Below, piece after piece: positions 9,163 through 23,348 of a stretch of DNA of 53,072 nucleotides. Both the position numbers and the translations under genes were made by a program. How positions within the stretch are numbered: position 1 is the stretch's first letter; every line of letters begins with the position of its first letter. Below the pieces are notes generated by a model. That model saw only the letters and a list, made by a program, of their open reading frames with translations. It was not told the DNA's origin and searched no databases. Source of the DNA: Deltaproteobacteria bacterium (GTDB taxonomy: Bacteria; Desulfobacterota; Binatia; UBA12015); contig JAYGCM010000031.1 of assembly GCA_046583355.1 (NCBI GenBank), positions 1 to 53,072 of the forward strand, in the 5' to 3' direction.

Positions 9163-10207
9163 GTCGCGCGAGCTTCGTCTGACGCCGGCCCGGCTCGGAC
9201 GCTTCCACTTCCTCGGCGCATTGGCGTTGCTGGTGGCGGGCTTATGCGCGCTGGCGATCGGTCCGGTCTCGATCGATCCGATCGCCGCCTGGCTGGCGCC
9301 GGCCGACGACCCCGGCCATGTGATTTTGCTCGGCGCGCGTCTGCCGCGGGTCGTATTGGCGGCTCTGGTCGGCGGTGCGCTGGGCCTCGGCGGTGCGGGC
9401 TTGCAGGCTTTGTTGCAGAATCCGCTCGCCGGGCCGCATCTCCTCGGCATCTCGGGCGGTGCGGCCTTGGCCGGCATCTCCGCGATGATTCTGCTTCCGG
9501 CGGCAGCCGCGGGTGGCTTTGCTGGCGGCCTGTCGCTCTCGATCGTGCCGGCGGCGGCCTTTGCTGGTGCGGTGGGCACGGCGGCTCTGGTGCATACGGT
9601 GGCTCGCACGGGCGGGCACGTCACGCCGCATTCATTGCTCTTGACGGGGGTGGTTTTCAACGCGTTTGCCGCTGCTGTCATCACCTTTCTCAACTCGATT
9701 TCGGATTTTACGCGGGCGCATGGCATTCTCTCCTGGGTCATCGGCGCGCTCGTGCCGCGCGGGCCGACCTGGACGTTGGTGGCCGCGTTTACGCTGCTCG
9801 GCGGGCTCTTGCTGCTCACGGCTTGTGCGCGCGACCTCAATGCGCTCGGCCTCGGCGAAGAGGGTGCCGCGGCGCTCGGGGTGGATGTGCCGCGTGCGCA
9901 TCGCATGGTTTTTGCTGCCGTGGCGCTTCTGGTGGCCGGTGCGGTGCCGGTCTCGGGTATGATCGGCTTCGTCGGCCTGATCGTACCTCATATAATTCGA
10001 TTGATCGTAGGCAATGACCAGCGTCTCGTATTGCCGGGTTCGATGTGGGGCGGGGCGATCTTCCTGGTCTTTGCCGATACCGTGGCGCGCTCGCTGCTCG
10101 GCGCAACCGAGCTGCCCGTGGGTGTGGTGACCGCTATGTGCGGCGGTCCTTTCTTTCTTTTCCTGCTGCACCGCAGCGCCCGGGCCGAGGCGGAGGCACA
10201 GGCTTGA
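9155..10207 (+). CDS. BtuC/FecCD-family ABC permease
   Basis: RLPRVVLAALVG, QALLQNPLAGP, LGEEGAAALG, GMIGFVGLIVPH and ELPVGVVT motifs; overlaps the upstream stop. Confidence 0.92.
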   Translation: MAESRELRLTPARLGRFHFLGALALLVAGLCALAIGPVSIDPIAAWLAPADDPGHVILLGARLPRVVLAALVGGALGLGGAGLQALLQNPLAGPHLLGISGGAALAGISAMILLPAAAAGGFAGGLSLSIVPAAAFAGAVGTAALVHTVARTGGHVTPHSLLLTGVVFNAFAAAVITFLNSISDFTRAHGILSWVIGALVPRGPTWTLVAAFTLLGGLLLLTACARDLNALGLGEEGAAALGVDVPRAHRMVFAAVALLVAGAVPVSGMIGFVGLIVPHIIRLIVGNDQRLVLPGSMWGGAIFLVFADTVARSLLGATELPVGVVTAMCGGPFFLFLLHRSARAEAEAQA

Positions 10208-11016
10208 AGCTCGAAGCACAGGAGATTTCCGTGCTCTACGGAGCGCGGCGGGCGATCGATGGGGTTTCGTGTGCGCTGCTTCCTGGCGAGTTGCTCGGCA
10301 TCATCGGGCCGAATGGTTCGGGCAAGTCGACGCTGGTCCGGGCGCTGGCCGGTGTGCTTCAGCCGGATACCGGCACGGTGTTGCTCGACGGACGACCGCT
10401 TGCGGACCTCGGGCGGCGCGAGCGCGCGCGCCGGATTGCGCTGGTGCCCCAGGAGACCCGCCTCTCGTTTCCGCTTTCGGTGCGCGAACTCGTGCTGCTC
10501 GGCCGCACGCCGCATACCGGCCGCTTCGGCTGGGAAGGGGCGGCGGATTTCGCGATCGCCGAGCGCGCGATGCAGCGCATGGACCTGGCGGGCCTGGCCG
10601 GACGTCCGGTGGCCGAGCTCTCCGGTGGTGAGCGGCAGCGGGTCGTGCTGGCCCGTGCCTTCGCGCAGGAGCCGCGCGTCCTTTTATTGGATGAGCCGAC
10701 CAGCTTTCTCGATCTGCGCCATACGGTCATTCTTCTCGATCTGGTGCGGGACCTCTGCCGCGAGGAGGGGGTGGCTTTGGGGATCGTCCTGCACGATCTC
10801 AACCTGGCTGCCATGTATTGCGACCGGCTGCTTCTTCTTTCCGAGGGCAAATGCCATGCGGAAGGAGCGCCGGGCGACGTTCTTCGCTATGACGACCTAT
10901 GTGAGGTCTACGGCACCGAACTCTACGTGGCGCCGAACGACGTCACGGGTCAGACCGTGGTTCTGCCGTTGGCTCGGGAGCACCGTGGCCGGCTCGGCCG
11001 CGGGGAGAAAAGCTGA
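10204..11016 (+). CDS. BtuD/FecE/HmuV-like ABC ATP-binding protein
   Basis: GPNGSGKST, LSGGERQRV and LLLDEPT motifs; TTG start overlaps the permease stop. Confidence 0.92.
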   Translation: MKLEAQEISVLYGARRAIDGVSCALLPGELLGIIGPNGSGKSTLVRALAGVLQPDTGTVLLDGRPLADLGRRERARRIALVPQETRLSFPLSVRELVLLGRTPHTGRFGWEGAADFAIAERAMQRMDLAGLAGRPVAELSGGERQRVVLARAFAQEPRVLLLDEPTSFLDLRHTVILLDLVRDLCREEGVALGIVLHDLNLAAMYCDRLLLLSEGKCHAEGAPGDVLRYDDLCEVYGTELYVAPNDVTGQTVVLPLAREHRGRLGRGEKS

Positions 11017-11120
11017 GATGTCCGATATTAGCCGACCTCATGGAAGGGGCATGGCAGCTTGATTGACTCGACGGCAAGGCAATTGATAGCTAAATCATCG
11101 CCTGGGGAGAGGGACCGTTT

Positions 11121-11528
11121 GTGAACTTCGATTTTGCCAATGTTCTCGTGCTGCTTCTACTCGGAGCAGGCACCGCCGCCCTCATGCTCGGGCTCGGCTG
11201 GGTTTTGCGCCCGTCGAACCCCGAACGCCAGAAACTCAGCACCTATGAGTGTGGCGAGCCGCCAACTGGTAGCGCGTGGATCAACTTCAACATCCGCTTC
11301 TACCTGATTGCCCTGATCTTCGTGGTTTTCGATGTGGAAGTTGCCTTCGTCTTCCCGGTCGCGACGGCCTTTCGTAGTTTCGTGGAGGCCGGGCAGGGAA
11401 TGCTCGTCTTCACCGAACTCTTCGTTTTCATCAGCATCCTCTTTCTCGGCCTGGTCTATGTCTGGGTCAAAGGGGATCTCGAGTGGCTGACGCGCGTCAG
11501 CGATACCGATGCGCCGACGCAAGGATAA
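11121..11528 (+). CDS. nuoA: NADH-quinone oxidoreductase subunit A
   Basis: KLSTYECGE, FYLIALIFVVFDVE and KGDLEW motifs. Confidence 0.95.
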   Translation: MNFDFANVLVLLLLGAGTAALMLGLGWVLRPSNPERQKLSTYECGEPPTGSAWINFNIRFYLIALIFVVFDVEVAFVFPVATAFRSFVEAGQGMLVFTELFVFISILFLGLVYVWVKGDLEWLTRVSDTDAPTQG

Positions 11529-11534
11529 GCGATT

Positions 11535-12038
11535 ATGTCTTTGATCAATACTCTTCCCGAAACCGTCCTCACGACCAAGGTGGACGACCTCCTCAATTGG
11601 ACCCGCAAATCGTCGGTCTGGTACATGCTCTTCGGCCTCGCCTGCTGCGCCATTGAAATGATGCAGGCCGGCGGCCCACGCTCGGATTTGGACCGCTTCG
11701 GCATGGTGCCGCGCGCCACGCCGCGTGCCTCGGACCTGATGATCGTCTCCGGCACGCTGACTCTGAAAATGGCGCTGCGTACCAAGCTGCTCTACGAGCA
11801 GATGCCGGACCCGAAATACGCAGTCTCTATGGGGAGTTGCGCCAATTGCGGCGGGCTTTTCCAGCTTGCCTATTCGGTTTGTGACGGAGTCGATAAGGTC
11901 ATTCCGATCGACGTCTATATTCCCGGCTGCCCGCCGCGCCCCGAGGCCCTCACCGAAGGCCTGCTCAAATTGCAGGACAAGATCCAGCAGGAGCGCTGGT
12001 TGGTGCGGAAATCCGATGCATCCGAGGCGGTCGCCTGA
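11535..12038 (+). CDS. nuoB: NADH-quinone oxidoreductase subunit B
   Basis: [16 protein letters not shown] and [10 protein letters not shown] motifs (N2 cluster ligands). Confidence 0.96.
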   Translation: MSLINTLPETVLTTKVDDLLNWTRKSSVWYMLFGLACCAIEMMQAGGPRSDLDRFGMVPRATPRASDLMIVSGTLTLKMALRTKLLYEQMPDPKYAVSMGSCANCGGLFQLAYSVCDGVDKVIPIDVYIPGCPPRPEALTEGLLKLQDKIQQERWLVRKSDASEAVA

Positions 12039-12539
12039 ATGGAAGTCACTGAGATCCACGCGCTTCTGCGCGGGAAATTCAGCCACGCCATCGGCGAGGA
12101 AATTGCGGAAGGCCGTGATTGGCCGATCCTCGATGTCGAGGGCGCACGCATCATTGAGGTTTGTGCCTTCTTGCGCGAGGAAGAGGCGCTCGATTTCGAC
12201 TGCCTGTCGAACCTCTCGGGCGTCGACCAGCCGGCGGACGAGAAAATCGAAGTCGATTACCACCTCTTTTCCTACACCCATCGCCATCAGTTGACGCTGC
12301 GCACGACCACCCCGCGTCTTGACCCGGTGTTGCAAACAGCTTGCCTGGTCTGGCCGGCGGCGAATTGGCTCGAGCGCGAGTGTTTCGATCTGCTCGGCGT
12401 TCGCTTTCTCGGCCACCCCGATATGCGCCGCATCCTGATGCCCGAAGATTGGGTCGGCCACCCGCTGCGCAAGGATTTTGTCGAACCCGACGAGTACCAC
12501 GGGATCTCGACCCGTCGAGAGAGCCTGCTGAAGTTATGA
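12039..12539 (+). CDS. nuoC: NADH-quinone oxidoreductase subunit C
   Basis: [27 protein letters not shown] and GHPLRKDF motifs. Confidence 0.95.
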   Translation: MEVTEIHALLRGKFSHAIGEEIAEGRDWPILDVEGARIIEVCAFLREEEALDFDCLSNLSGVDQPADEKIEVDYHLFSYTHRHQLTLRTTTPRLDPVLQTACLVWPAANWLERECFDLLGVRFLGHPDMRRILMPEDWVGHPLRKDFVEPDEYHGISTRRESLLKL

Positions 12540-13696
12540 GTCTTCCTTCGATCGACCTGCAACTCGAGCGCGAGACCCCCGCGGGGCTCGAAACCGAGGA
12601 AATGACCCTCAATATGGGTCCGCAGCATCCGTCCACGCACGGTGTGCTGCGTTTTATCGTGAAGGCCGACGGCGAAATCATGCGCCGCGCCATCCCGGAT
12701 ATCGGCTACCTGCATCGCTCGATCGAGAAGATCTCCGAGAAGGTCGGCTACCACGGCTTCATGCCGTATACCGACCGGGTAGATTACGTCTCCGCGATGC
12801 AATGCAACCAGGGCTGGGCGATGGCCTGCGAGAAGCTCGGCGGTATCGAAGTTCCGCGCCGCGGCGAATATTGCCGTGTCATCGCATGTGAGCTCGGCCG
12901 CATCGCCAGCCACCTTCTCTCGGTGGGTGCCACCGCGATGGATATCGGCGCGATCACGCCCTTCACGCACGGCCTGCGCGAGCGCGAGAAGATCAACGAC
13001 CTGCTCGAGGACCTCTGCGGGGCCCGGCTGACCTTCAATTATATGCGCATCGGCGGTGTCTGCTGGGATCTTCCGCCCGGCTACGCCAAGCGCGTAATGG
13101 CCTTCATTGACGCCTTTGAGCCGCTGATCGACGAATACAACGACCTGATCTCGTTCAACAAGATCTACGTCGAGCGACTCCGCAACGTCGCGCCGATCTC
13201 GGCCAAGGACGCGATTGCCTACAACCTGGTCGGTCCGAATTTGCGCGGTTCGGGTGTGAAATACGATGTCCGTAAAGACGATCCGTATTCGGCCTACCCC
13301 GATTTCGATTTCGACATTCCCATCGGCACCGGCCGCAAGGGGCAGCTCGGCGATTGCTGGGACCGCTACTTCGTCCGCATGGAAGAAATGAAAGAGAGCT
13401 GCCGCATTGTACGCCAGGCGCTCGACGGCATGCCCGAGGGGCCGGTCGTCGCCAAGGTGCCGCGTACCTTCAAGCCGCCTGCCGGCCAGGTCTATTCGCG
13501 GGTCGAAGGCTCGCGCGGTGATATGGGCTGGTTTGTCGTCAGCGACGGCACGGCCTTCCCGGCGCGGACGCATATCCGCACGGGTTCATTTTCGGCAATG
13601 TCGATTTTTGAAGAAGTCTCCAAGGGGCTGATGATCGCCGATCTCATCGCGGTCATCGCAACCTTCGATATCGTTGCACCGGAGGTGGATCGCTAG
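12536..13696 (+). CDS. nuoD: NADH-quinone oxidoreductase subunit D
   Basis: [29 protein letters not shown] and C-terminal EVDR; ATG overlaps the nuoC stop. Confidence 0.96.
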   Translation: MSLPSIDLQLERETPAGLETEEMTLNMGPQHPSTHGVLRFIVKADGEIMRRAIPDIGYLHRSIEKISEKVGYHGFMPYTDRVDYVSAMQCNQGWAMACEKLGGIEVPRRGEYCRVIACELGRIASHLLSVGATAMDIGAITPFTHGLREREKINDLLEDLCGARLTFNYMRIGGVCWDLPPGYAKRVMAFIDAFEPLIDEYNDLISFNKIYVERLRNVAPISAKDAIAYNLVGPNLRGSGVKYDVRKDDPYSAYPDFDFDIPIGTGRKGQLGDCWDRYFVRMEEMKESCRIVRQALDGMPEGPVVAKVPRTFKPPAGQVYSRVEGSRGDMGWFVVSDGTAFPARTHIRTGSFSAMSIFEEVSKGLMIADLIAVIATFDIVAPEVDR

Positions 13697-13731
13697 GCCG
13701 CCGGCCGCGCGATTCATCAGGGTAGGGGAGA

Positions 13732-14916
13732 ATGCAGGAATTCGCTGACAGTCTGCTGAACGGGGGCATGCTGACGGGGTTCTCGACCGAAGCCGGCTAC
13801 GCGATCGTCATCGGTGTATTCGCATTTCTGGTGTTGAATTTCATCATGCTCAACGCCGGGATCTTCAGCTGGGCGGAGCGTCGCGTCTGGGCGCGCATCC
13901 AATCGCGCGTTGGTCCGAACCGCGTCGGCCCGCAGGGCGTCCTGCAATGGCTCGCCGACGGCATCAAGAACATCATGAAAGAGGATATCATTCCGCTTGC
14001 CGCGGATCGTCCTCTCTTCAAAGCCGCTCCTTACCTCGCGATGTCGGGCTTCTTTGCTGCATTTGCGGCGCTGCCCTTCTCGGCGGGCCTGATCGTCGCC
14101 GACCTGAACGTCGGCGTGCTCTACATCACGGCCGTGACGGCTTTGGTCGTCGTCGGCATCCTGATGGCGGGCTGGTCGTCGAATAATAAATGGTCGCTGC
14201 TTGGCGGTATCCGCTCGGCGGCGCAGATCATCAGCTACGAAATTCCCGCTGGCATCACGATCATCACGGTCGTGATCTTCACCGGCACACTCAGCATGCA
14301 GGGCATCATCGCCGCGCAGGGCTGGGCGCCGTGGAATTGGTTCGTTTTCTCGAACCCCTTCCTCTTCGTCGGGTTCTTCGTCTTCTACGTTTCGCTGCTC
14401 GCTGAAGGCAATCGGACGCCATTTGATCTACCCGAGGCAGAATCCGAGATCGTCGCCGGCGCTTTCACCGAATATAGCGGCCTGCGCAGCCTGCTCTTCT
14501 TCCTGGTCGAGTGGGGCAACCTCTATGTAATCGGGGCTCTTTGCGCGACGCTCTTCCTGGGCGGATGGCAGATACCCCACTTCACGGACAACGCTCTCCT
14601 TCTCACGGTGGGGCAACTGGCTGCCTTCTTCCTCAAAACCTATTTCCTGGTCTTCCTCTCGATGTGGGTCCGCGCCACGCTGCCGCGTGTTCGCGTCGAC
14701 CAATTGATGTCGCTTTGCTGGAAGTATCTGGTGCCCATCAGTTTCGTGAACCTCCTCGGCTCGATGCTCTGGTTGGTGGCTTTCCCCGAAGGCCTGCCGA
14801 TCGCGCGCTACGCCCTCTTCGCGTTTGGCTGCGGAATCGGTGTTTATTTCTTGTCGCGAGTCGCTTTCCATCTCCGCCGTGCACGTCCCGAGTTGCACAT
14901 CAGCCCGATCATTTAG
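13732..14916 (+). CDS. nuoH: NADH-quinone oxidoreductase subunit H
   Basis: ERRVWARIQSRVGPNRVG, NRTPFDLPEAESE and RATLPRVRVDQLM motifs. Confidence 0.96.
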   Translation: MQEFADSLLNGGMLTGFSTEAGYAIVIGVFAFLVLNFIMLNAGIFSWAERRVWARIQSRVGPNRVGPQGVLQWLADGIKNIMKEDIIPLAADRPLFKAAPYLAMSGFFAAFAALPFSAGLIVADLNVGVLYITAVTALVVVGILMAGWSSNNKWSLLGGIRSAAQIISYEIPAGITIITVVIFTGTLSMQGIIAAQGWAPWNWFVFSNPFLFVGFFVFYVSLLAEGNRTPFDLPEAESEIVAGAFTEYSGLRSLLFFLVEWGNLYVIGALCATLFLGGWQIPHFTDNALLLTVGQLAAFFLKTYFLVFLSMWVRATLPRVRVDQLMSLCWKYLVPISFVNLLGSMLWLVAFPEGLPIARYALFAFGCGIGVYFLSRVAFHLRRARPELHISPII

Positions 14917-14923
14917 GATATCC

Positions 14924-15457
14924 ATGGCCGGTTATTTCGGAAATATCAGCGAAGCAGTCAAGACGATCTTTGAGGGTCTGTCGATCACGGCGTCGCATTT
15001 CGTGCGCAAGCCGTTCACGATCCAATACCCCGATCGCATGGATATCCCGGTGCAGGACCAACTGCCTTTCCGCTACCGCGGAATCCTGGATGTGGACCTG
15101 GAGATCTGCACGGGCTGTCTCGCCTGCGAGCGCGCATGCCCGATCGATTGCATTGTCATCGAGGCTACGAAGAACAAAGAAACGCGCGAGATGGTCCTGT
15201 CGCGTTTCGATATCGATATGGCGAAATGCATGTATTGCGGCCTCTGCTCGGAGCCTTGTCCGACCGGCTCGATTCATCATACGCCTGAGTTCGAGGGCGC
15301 CGATTACTCGCTCGAGAGCCTGATCCGCCGCTACGTAAAGGCGCCGGTCGTGGCCTATAAGGTTTCGAAAGAGCCTGAAACGGACCCGGTTGTCGCGCCG
15401 ATTCTCAAGCGCGGATTGAGGTATCTCGATGAATTTGCTAGCCCCGAGGACGGCTAG
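14924..15457 (+). CDS. nuoI: NADH-quinone oxidoreductase subunit I
   Basis: TIQYP plus two CxxCxxCxxxCP ferredoxin motifs (CTGCLACERACP, CMYCGLCSEPCP). Confidence 0.95.
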   Translation: MAGYFGNISEAVKTIFEGLSITASHFVRKPFTIQYPDRMDIPVQDQLPFRYRGILDVDLEICTGCLACERACPIDCIVIEATKNKETREMVLSRFDIDMAKCMYCGLCSEPCPTGSIHHTPEFEGADYSLESLIRRYVKAPVVAYKVSKEPETDPVVAPILKRGLRYLDEFASPEDG

Positions 15458-15516
15458 AGAAACGGTTTGGGGGGATTTTTGAAAACCGTTTTTCGCTTTG
15501 AGCTGGAGATCTTGAG

Positions 15517-16014
15517 TTGATCTACGCGGCGCTATTTTATTTCGTCGCCGGCTTGACGATCATTTGTGCATTGGGTGTCGCCCTCTCACAGAATGTCGTC
15601 TATTCGGCCTTTGCTCTGATGGGGACACTCCTTGGTGCGGCGGGGCTCTACGCCTTTCTCGCGGCCGATTTCCTGGCTGTTGTCCAAGTGCTCGTCTACG
15701 TGGGCGGCATCTTGGTGCTGATGCTTTTCGCCATCATGCTGACCCACCAGATCTCGGACGTGAAAGTCTCGAACCGCTCGGTGGGCCGATTGCCGGCGGG
15801 CGCGTTGGTTCTGCTCAGTGGCATGGGCATGGGCATGGCCCTGCTGGCGGCGCCGTGGCAGCAAGTGGCGCTGCTACCGCCCGAGCCGACCACGTACAAG
15901 ATTGGCGAGGCCTTTCTCGGCGGCTATCTGCTGCCTTTTGAGGTTGCGTCCATCGTGCTGCTGACCGCACTCATCGGAGCCATCGTGCTCTCACGCAAGG
16001 AGCTGCGAGACTGA
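15517..16014 (+). CDS. nuoJ: NADH-quinone oxidoreductase subunit J
   Basis: QVLVYVGGILVLMLFAIML and YLLPFEVASIVLL motifs. Confidence 0.95.
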   Translation: MIYAALFYFVAGLTIICALGVALSQNVVYSAFALMGTLLGAAGLYAFLAADFLAVVQVLVYVGGILVLMLFAIMLTHQISDVKVSNRSVGRLPAGALVLLSGMGMGMALLAAPWQQVALLPPEPTTYKIGEAFLGGYLLPFEVASIVLLTALIGAIVLSRKELRD

Positions 16015-16343
16015 TGCAGCTACCTGCCTTCCTGCTGGATATCGGCCTGCACCACTTCCTCTTCACGAGCTTGGTGGTTTTTCTCTGCGGGTTGTTCACC
16101 GTTCTCACGCGACGGAATGCGATCGGCGTCCTTATGGGCATCGAACTGATTCTGAACGCGGCGAACATCAATTTCATCGCTTTTGCACGCTTCAACGGCA
16201 ACGCCATCGATGGCCAGATCTTCTCGATCTTCGTCATCATGCTGGCGGCGGCCGAGGCGGCGATCGGTCTCGCTATCGTTCTGGGAATCTTCCGGAAGTT
16301 CGAGACCATCGACCTCGAAGCGACAGACTCGCTGCGCGGATAA
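16014..16343 (+). CDS. nuoK: NADH-quinone oxidoreductase subunit K
   Basis: RRNAIGVLMGIELILNAAN and AAAEAAIGLAI motifs. Confidence 0.95.
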   Translation: MQLPAFLLDIGLHHFLFTSLVVFLCGLFTVLTRRNAIGVLMGIELILNAANINFIAFARFNGNAIDGQIFSIFVIMLAAAEAAIGLAIVLGIFRKFETIDLEATDSLRG

Positions 16344-16359
16344 GGGAGAGGTCGAGGTC

Positions 16360-18531
<2,172 letters not shown>

Positions 18532-18545
18532 TCGGGAAAAGGAAG

Positions 18546-20057
<1,512 letters not shown>

Positions 20058-20090
20058 GGGCAATAGGCTTCCAGCAGACGGATTTCTTTC

Positions 20091-21575
20091 ATGGCGGACC
20101 TCGGAAATATCGCGAGCCTCGCATACAGCGGGCCGGAACTCTTTCTTGGCTTCTCGGTGATCGCGCTCTTCATCGCAGACCTTTGCGTCGCGAAGAAGGA
20201 AATCGTCGGGAACCTGGCGCTGGTCGCGTTGGCGATTGTTGTGGCCATGCTTGCGCTGGGCGGCAGCGATGTAAGCGGGACGCTCTTCAATAGGCAGATC
20301 GCGCTCGACGAGTTCGGTTATTTCTTCCGGATCCTGCTGGCTCTCTCGGGCTTCGCTGCGGTCTGGATGTCGCTGGGCTCCGAAGAGATTCGCAAAGTGA
20401 ACCAGGGCGAGTATTACGCGATCCTGGTCTCCGCGACGCTCGGCACGCTCTTGATGGCGACGGCCACCAATTTGCTGATGGGCTATTTGGCGCTGGAGTT
20501 CGTCAGCCTGAGTTCCTATGTGCTCGCCGGCTACGCGCGCAATAACCGGCGCGCTACCGAAGCCTCTCTCAAATATCTGATCTACGGCGGCGTCTCCTCC
20601 GGCATGATGATCTACGGCCTCAGTTGGATCTACGGCCTCACGGGCAGCCTCGATTTCGCCACCATCCGCAACACCTTGGCGGCCGGCGAGGGCGCTTCTT
20701 TGCCGCTCTTCATCGCACTGCTGCTCACCACTGTGGGTTTCGGCTACAAGGTCTCGGCCTTCCCCTTCCATATGTGGACGCCCGACGTCTATCAGGGTGC
20801 GCCGATTCCCGTGACAACCTTCCTCGCGGTCGGTTCCAAGGCGGCCGGCTTCGCCTTGATGATCCGCTTCTATTATACGGCCGTGGCGACTCCGGTCGGC
20901 GGTGGTGCCTACGAGTTGATTGGTGGCATGGACTGGCATTATGTCCTGCTCGCCATCTCGATTGCGACCATGACCTTCGGCAATCTCGCTGCGTTGAATC
21001 AGACAGGCAGCGTCAAGCGGCTACTCGCCTATTCCAGTGTTGCTCATGCCGGCTATTTGATGATGGGCCTGGTCGTGCTGACCGGCGACGGCCTGCGCGC
21101 CATGCTCTTCTATCTGGCGGTCTATTATCTGATGAACCTGGGCGCCTTCCTCGTCGTCATGATTGTCGCCAACCAGACGGGCCGAGATGACCTCGATAGC
21201 TTCCGCGGACTCGCCTGGCGCGGCGGCGCCATACCGGCGCTGGCGATGGCCGTATTCCTGTTCTCGCTCACGGGTCTGCCGCCTTTTGCCGGCTTCGTCG
21301 GAAAATTCTATCTCTTCGCCGCCGTGATCCAACAGGAATTCTACTTCCTCGCCATGGTGGGCGTGGCCAATAGCGTCCTCTCGCTCTTCTATTATGTGAG
21401 AATCGTGCGCACGATGTTCTTGGACGAGCCCACAGGCGGCGAGGGGCATATCTCGCTCGACCTGCATAATGGCGTGCTTCTTGGCGTGTTGACGATCGCT
21501 ACCTTGGTCCTCGGTGTCTATTGGACGCCGCTGATCGACTTCGCCGACCGCTCGGCGCGCTTCTTCATCGGCTGA
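20091..21575 (+). CDS. nuoN: NADH-quinone oxidoreductase subunit N
   Basis: EASLKY, PFHMWTPDVYQGAP and KRLLAYSSVAHAGY motifs. Confidence 0.96.
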   Translation: MADLGNIASLAYSGPELFLGFSVIALFIADLCVAKKEIVGNLALVALAIVVAMLALGGSDVSGTLFNRQIALDEFGYFFRILLALSGFAAVWMSLGSEEIRKVNQGEYYAILVSATLGTLLMATATNLLMGYLALEFVSLSSYVLAGYARNNRRATEASLKYLIYGGVSSGMMIYGLSWIYGLTGSLDFATIRNTLAAGEGASLPLFIALLLTTVGFGYKVSAFPFHMWTPDVYQGAPIPVTTFLAVGSKAAGFALMIRFYYTAVATPVGGGAYELIGGMDWHYVLLAISIATMTFGNLAALNQTGSVKRLLAYSSVAHAGYLMMGLVVLTGDGLRAMLFYLAVYYLMNLGAFLVVMIVANQTGRDDLDSFRGLAWRGGAIPALAMAVFLFSLTGLPPFAGFVGKFYLFAAVIQQEFYFLAMVGVANSVLSLFYYVRIVRTMFLDEPTGGEGHISLDLHNGVLLGVLTIATLVLGVYWTPLIDFADRSARFFIG

Positions 21576-21630
21576 ATCCGCCGGTCCCCGTCGCGTCGAG
21601 AGCCGGAAATCCGTGTGGTAGCGTTTCGCC

Positions 21631-22488
21631 ATGGCTGATCGCTTCACGCTGGCATTGGCGCAGACGAGTCCGAAGCTCGCCGACCTTGAGGCGAACCTGG
21701 AGAACTACGCCGAGGTGGTTACCGACGCCGCAGGGCAAGGTGCCGATCTCGTCGTCTTTCCCGAGTTGAGTCTCACGGGCTACCATCTCAAGGACGATGT
21801 CCCGACGGTGGCGGCGCGACTCGACTCCAAGGTGGTCGCCAGGCTCAAGGAGTTGTCCAAGAAGACGGCTCTGGTGGCGGGCATGGTCGAAGAGTCACCG
21901 GATTTCCACTTCTACAATAGTGCCATCTGGTTCGAGGATGGCGAGATCCGCCACGTGCATCGCAAAGTCTACCTGCCGACCTACGGCATGTTTGATGAGA
22001 ACCGGTATTTCGCGCGTGGTGGCCGGATAATGGCGCATGATACCGGCTTGGCCCGCGTTGCGACGCTGGTCTGTGAGGATTTCTGGCACCCCTCGACGAG
22101 CTATATTGCCGCACTCGACGGCGCCCTGGCGATCGTTTGTCCGTCGTCGAGTCCGGCCAGTGGCATCGGCGGCGAGGGCGAGCAGGATGAAAACGCGCGG
22201 ACCTGGGAGCTCTTCAACCGCGCCACCGCGCAGGTCTACGGGCTCTTCATCTTCTACGCGAACCGCGTCGGTTTCGAAGACGGTGTCGGTTTCTGGGGAG
22301 GCTCGGAAGTGGTCGGCCCCGACGGTGGGGTGCTGGTCAAAGCGCCTTATTACGAACCGGCGTTGGTCTGTACCGAGATCGACCTGGCAGCTGCTCGCCG
22401 CCGGCGGATCGCCGCACCAGTGCTCCGCGACGAAGACCTTGATCTGACAGCCCGCGAATTGGAGCGGATTCGACGGGAAAGGCGATGA
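21631..22488 (+). CDS. Carbon-nitrogen hydrolase (nitrilase fold); probable stand-alone glutaminase subunit of NAD synthetase
   Basis: Glu-Lys-Cys triad contexts [23 protein letters not shown] and LVCEDFW; 4-nt overlap with nadE. Confidence 0.85.
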   Translation: MADRFTLALAQTSPKLADLEANLENYAEVVTDAAGQGADLVVFPELSLTGYHLKDDVPTVAARLDSKVVARLKELSKKTALVAGMVEESPDFHFYNSAIWFEDGEIRHVHRKVYLPTYGMFDENRYFARGGRIMAHDTGLARVATLVCEDFWHPSTSYIAALDGALAIVCPSSSPASGIGGEGEQDENARTWELFNRATAQVYGLFIFYANRVGFEDGVGFWGGSEVVGPDGGVLVKAPYYEPALVCTEIDLAAARRRRIAAPVLRDEDLDLTARELERIRRERR

Positions 22489-23348
22489 GCGTGGCCGGGA
22501 ACGCTACCTCCGACGCAAATCTGGCAGTCCCCGACCTGCCGCTGAACGCGGGCTTGTTGGAGAAGCTTCTGGTCCGCTTCCTCTCCGAGGAGGTCGGCAA
22601 GACGGGCACGACCAAGGTCGTGGTGGGTCTCTCCGGCGGCGTCGATTCGGCCCTGTCGGCCGCATTGGCCGCGCGCGCGTTGGGCCCAACCAACGTCCTC
22701 GGTATCCTGATGCCCTACCGGCTCTCCAGCAAAGAGAGCCTCGAGCACGCCGCCGAATTGGCCGCGGCGACCGGCATCGAGACAATGACAAGCGATATCT
22801 CCGAGCAGGTCGACGCGTATTTCGCAAATTTCCCCGATGCGAATGCGCTGCGTCGCGGCAATAAAATGGCACGCGAGCGTATGACGATTCTCTATGACCA
22901 TTCGGCCCGTGTCGGTGGTCTGGTGCTGGGTACGAGCAATAAGACCGAGCTTCTACTCGGCTACGGCACGCTCTACGGCGATATGGCCTCGGCCGTGAAC
23001 CCGATTGGCGATCTCTACAAAACGCAGGTCTGGGATCTCTCCCGCGCGCTCGGTGTACCCGCCTCGATCATCGATAAGGCGCCCTCGGCCGACCTCACGC
23101 CGGGGCAAACCGACGAGGACGATCTCGGCTTCTCCTACCCCGAGGTCGATAGATTGCTCTATGCGATGGTCGATTTGCGCTATAGTCGCGAAGCATTGCT
23201 GGAGGCCGGCTTCGCCGCCGATTTCATCGAGACGGTCGGAGGCCGCGTGCAGCGCTCGCAATTCAAGCGCCGGCTTCCCGTCATTGCCAAAGTCTCGGCG
23301 CGCACGATAGACCGCGACTTCCGCTACGCCCGCGACTGGGGTCTGTAA
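22485..23348 (+). CDS. nadE: NAD+ synthetase (synthetase domain only)
   Basis: [40 protein letters not shown] and GQTDE motifs. Confidence 0.95.
   Translation: MSVAGNATSDANLAVPDLPLNAGLLEKLLVRFLSEEVGKTGTTKVVVGLSGGVDSALSAALAARALGPTNVLGILMPYRLSSKESLEHAAELAAATGIETMTSDISEQVDAYFANFPDANALRRGNKMARERMTILYDHSARVGGLVLGTSNKTELLLGYGTLYGDMASAVNPIGDLYKTQVWDLSRALGVPASIIDKAPSADLTPGQTDEDDLGFSYPEVDRLLYAMVDLRYSREALLEAGFAADFIETVGGRVQRSQFKRRLPVIAKVSARTIDRDFRYARDWGL

Noticed and set aside
11059..11099. FNR-like site or sigma70 promoter before nuoA (TTGACT at 11063; TTGAT-N6-ATCAT)
   Set aside because: The spacing does not fit TTGAT-N4-ATCAA and there is no clean -10 at the right distance.
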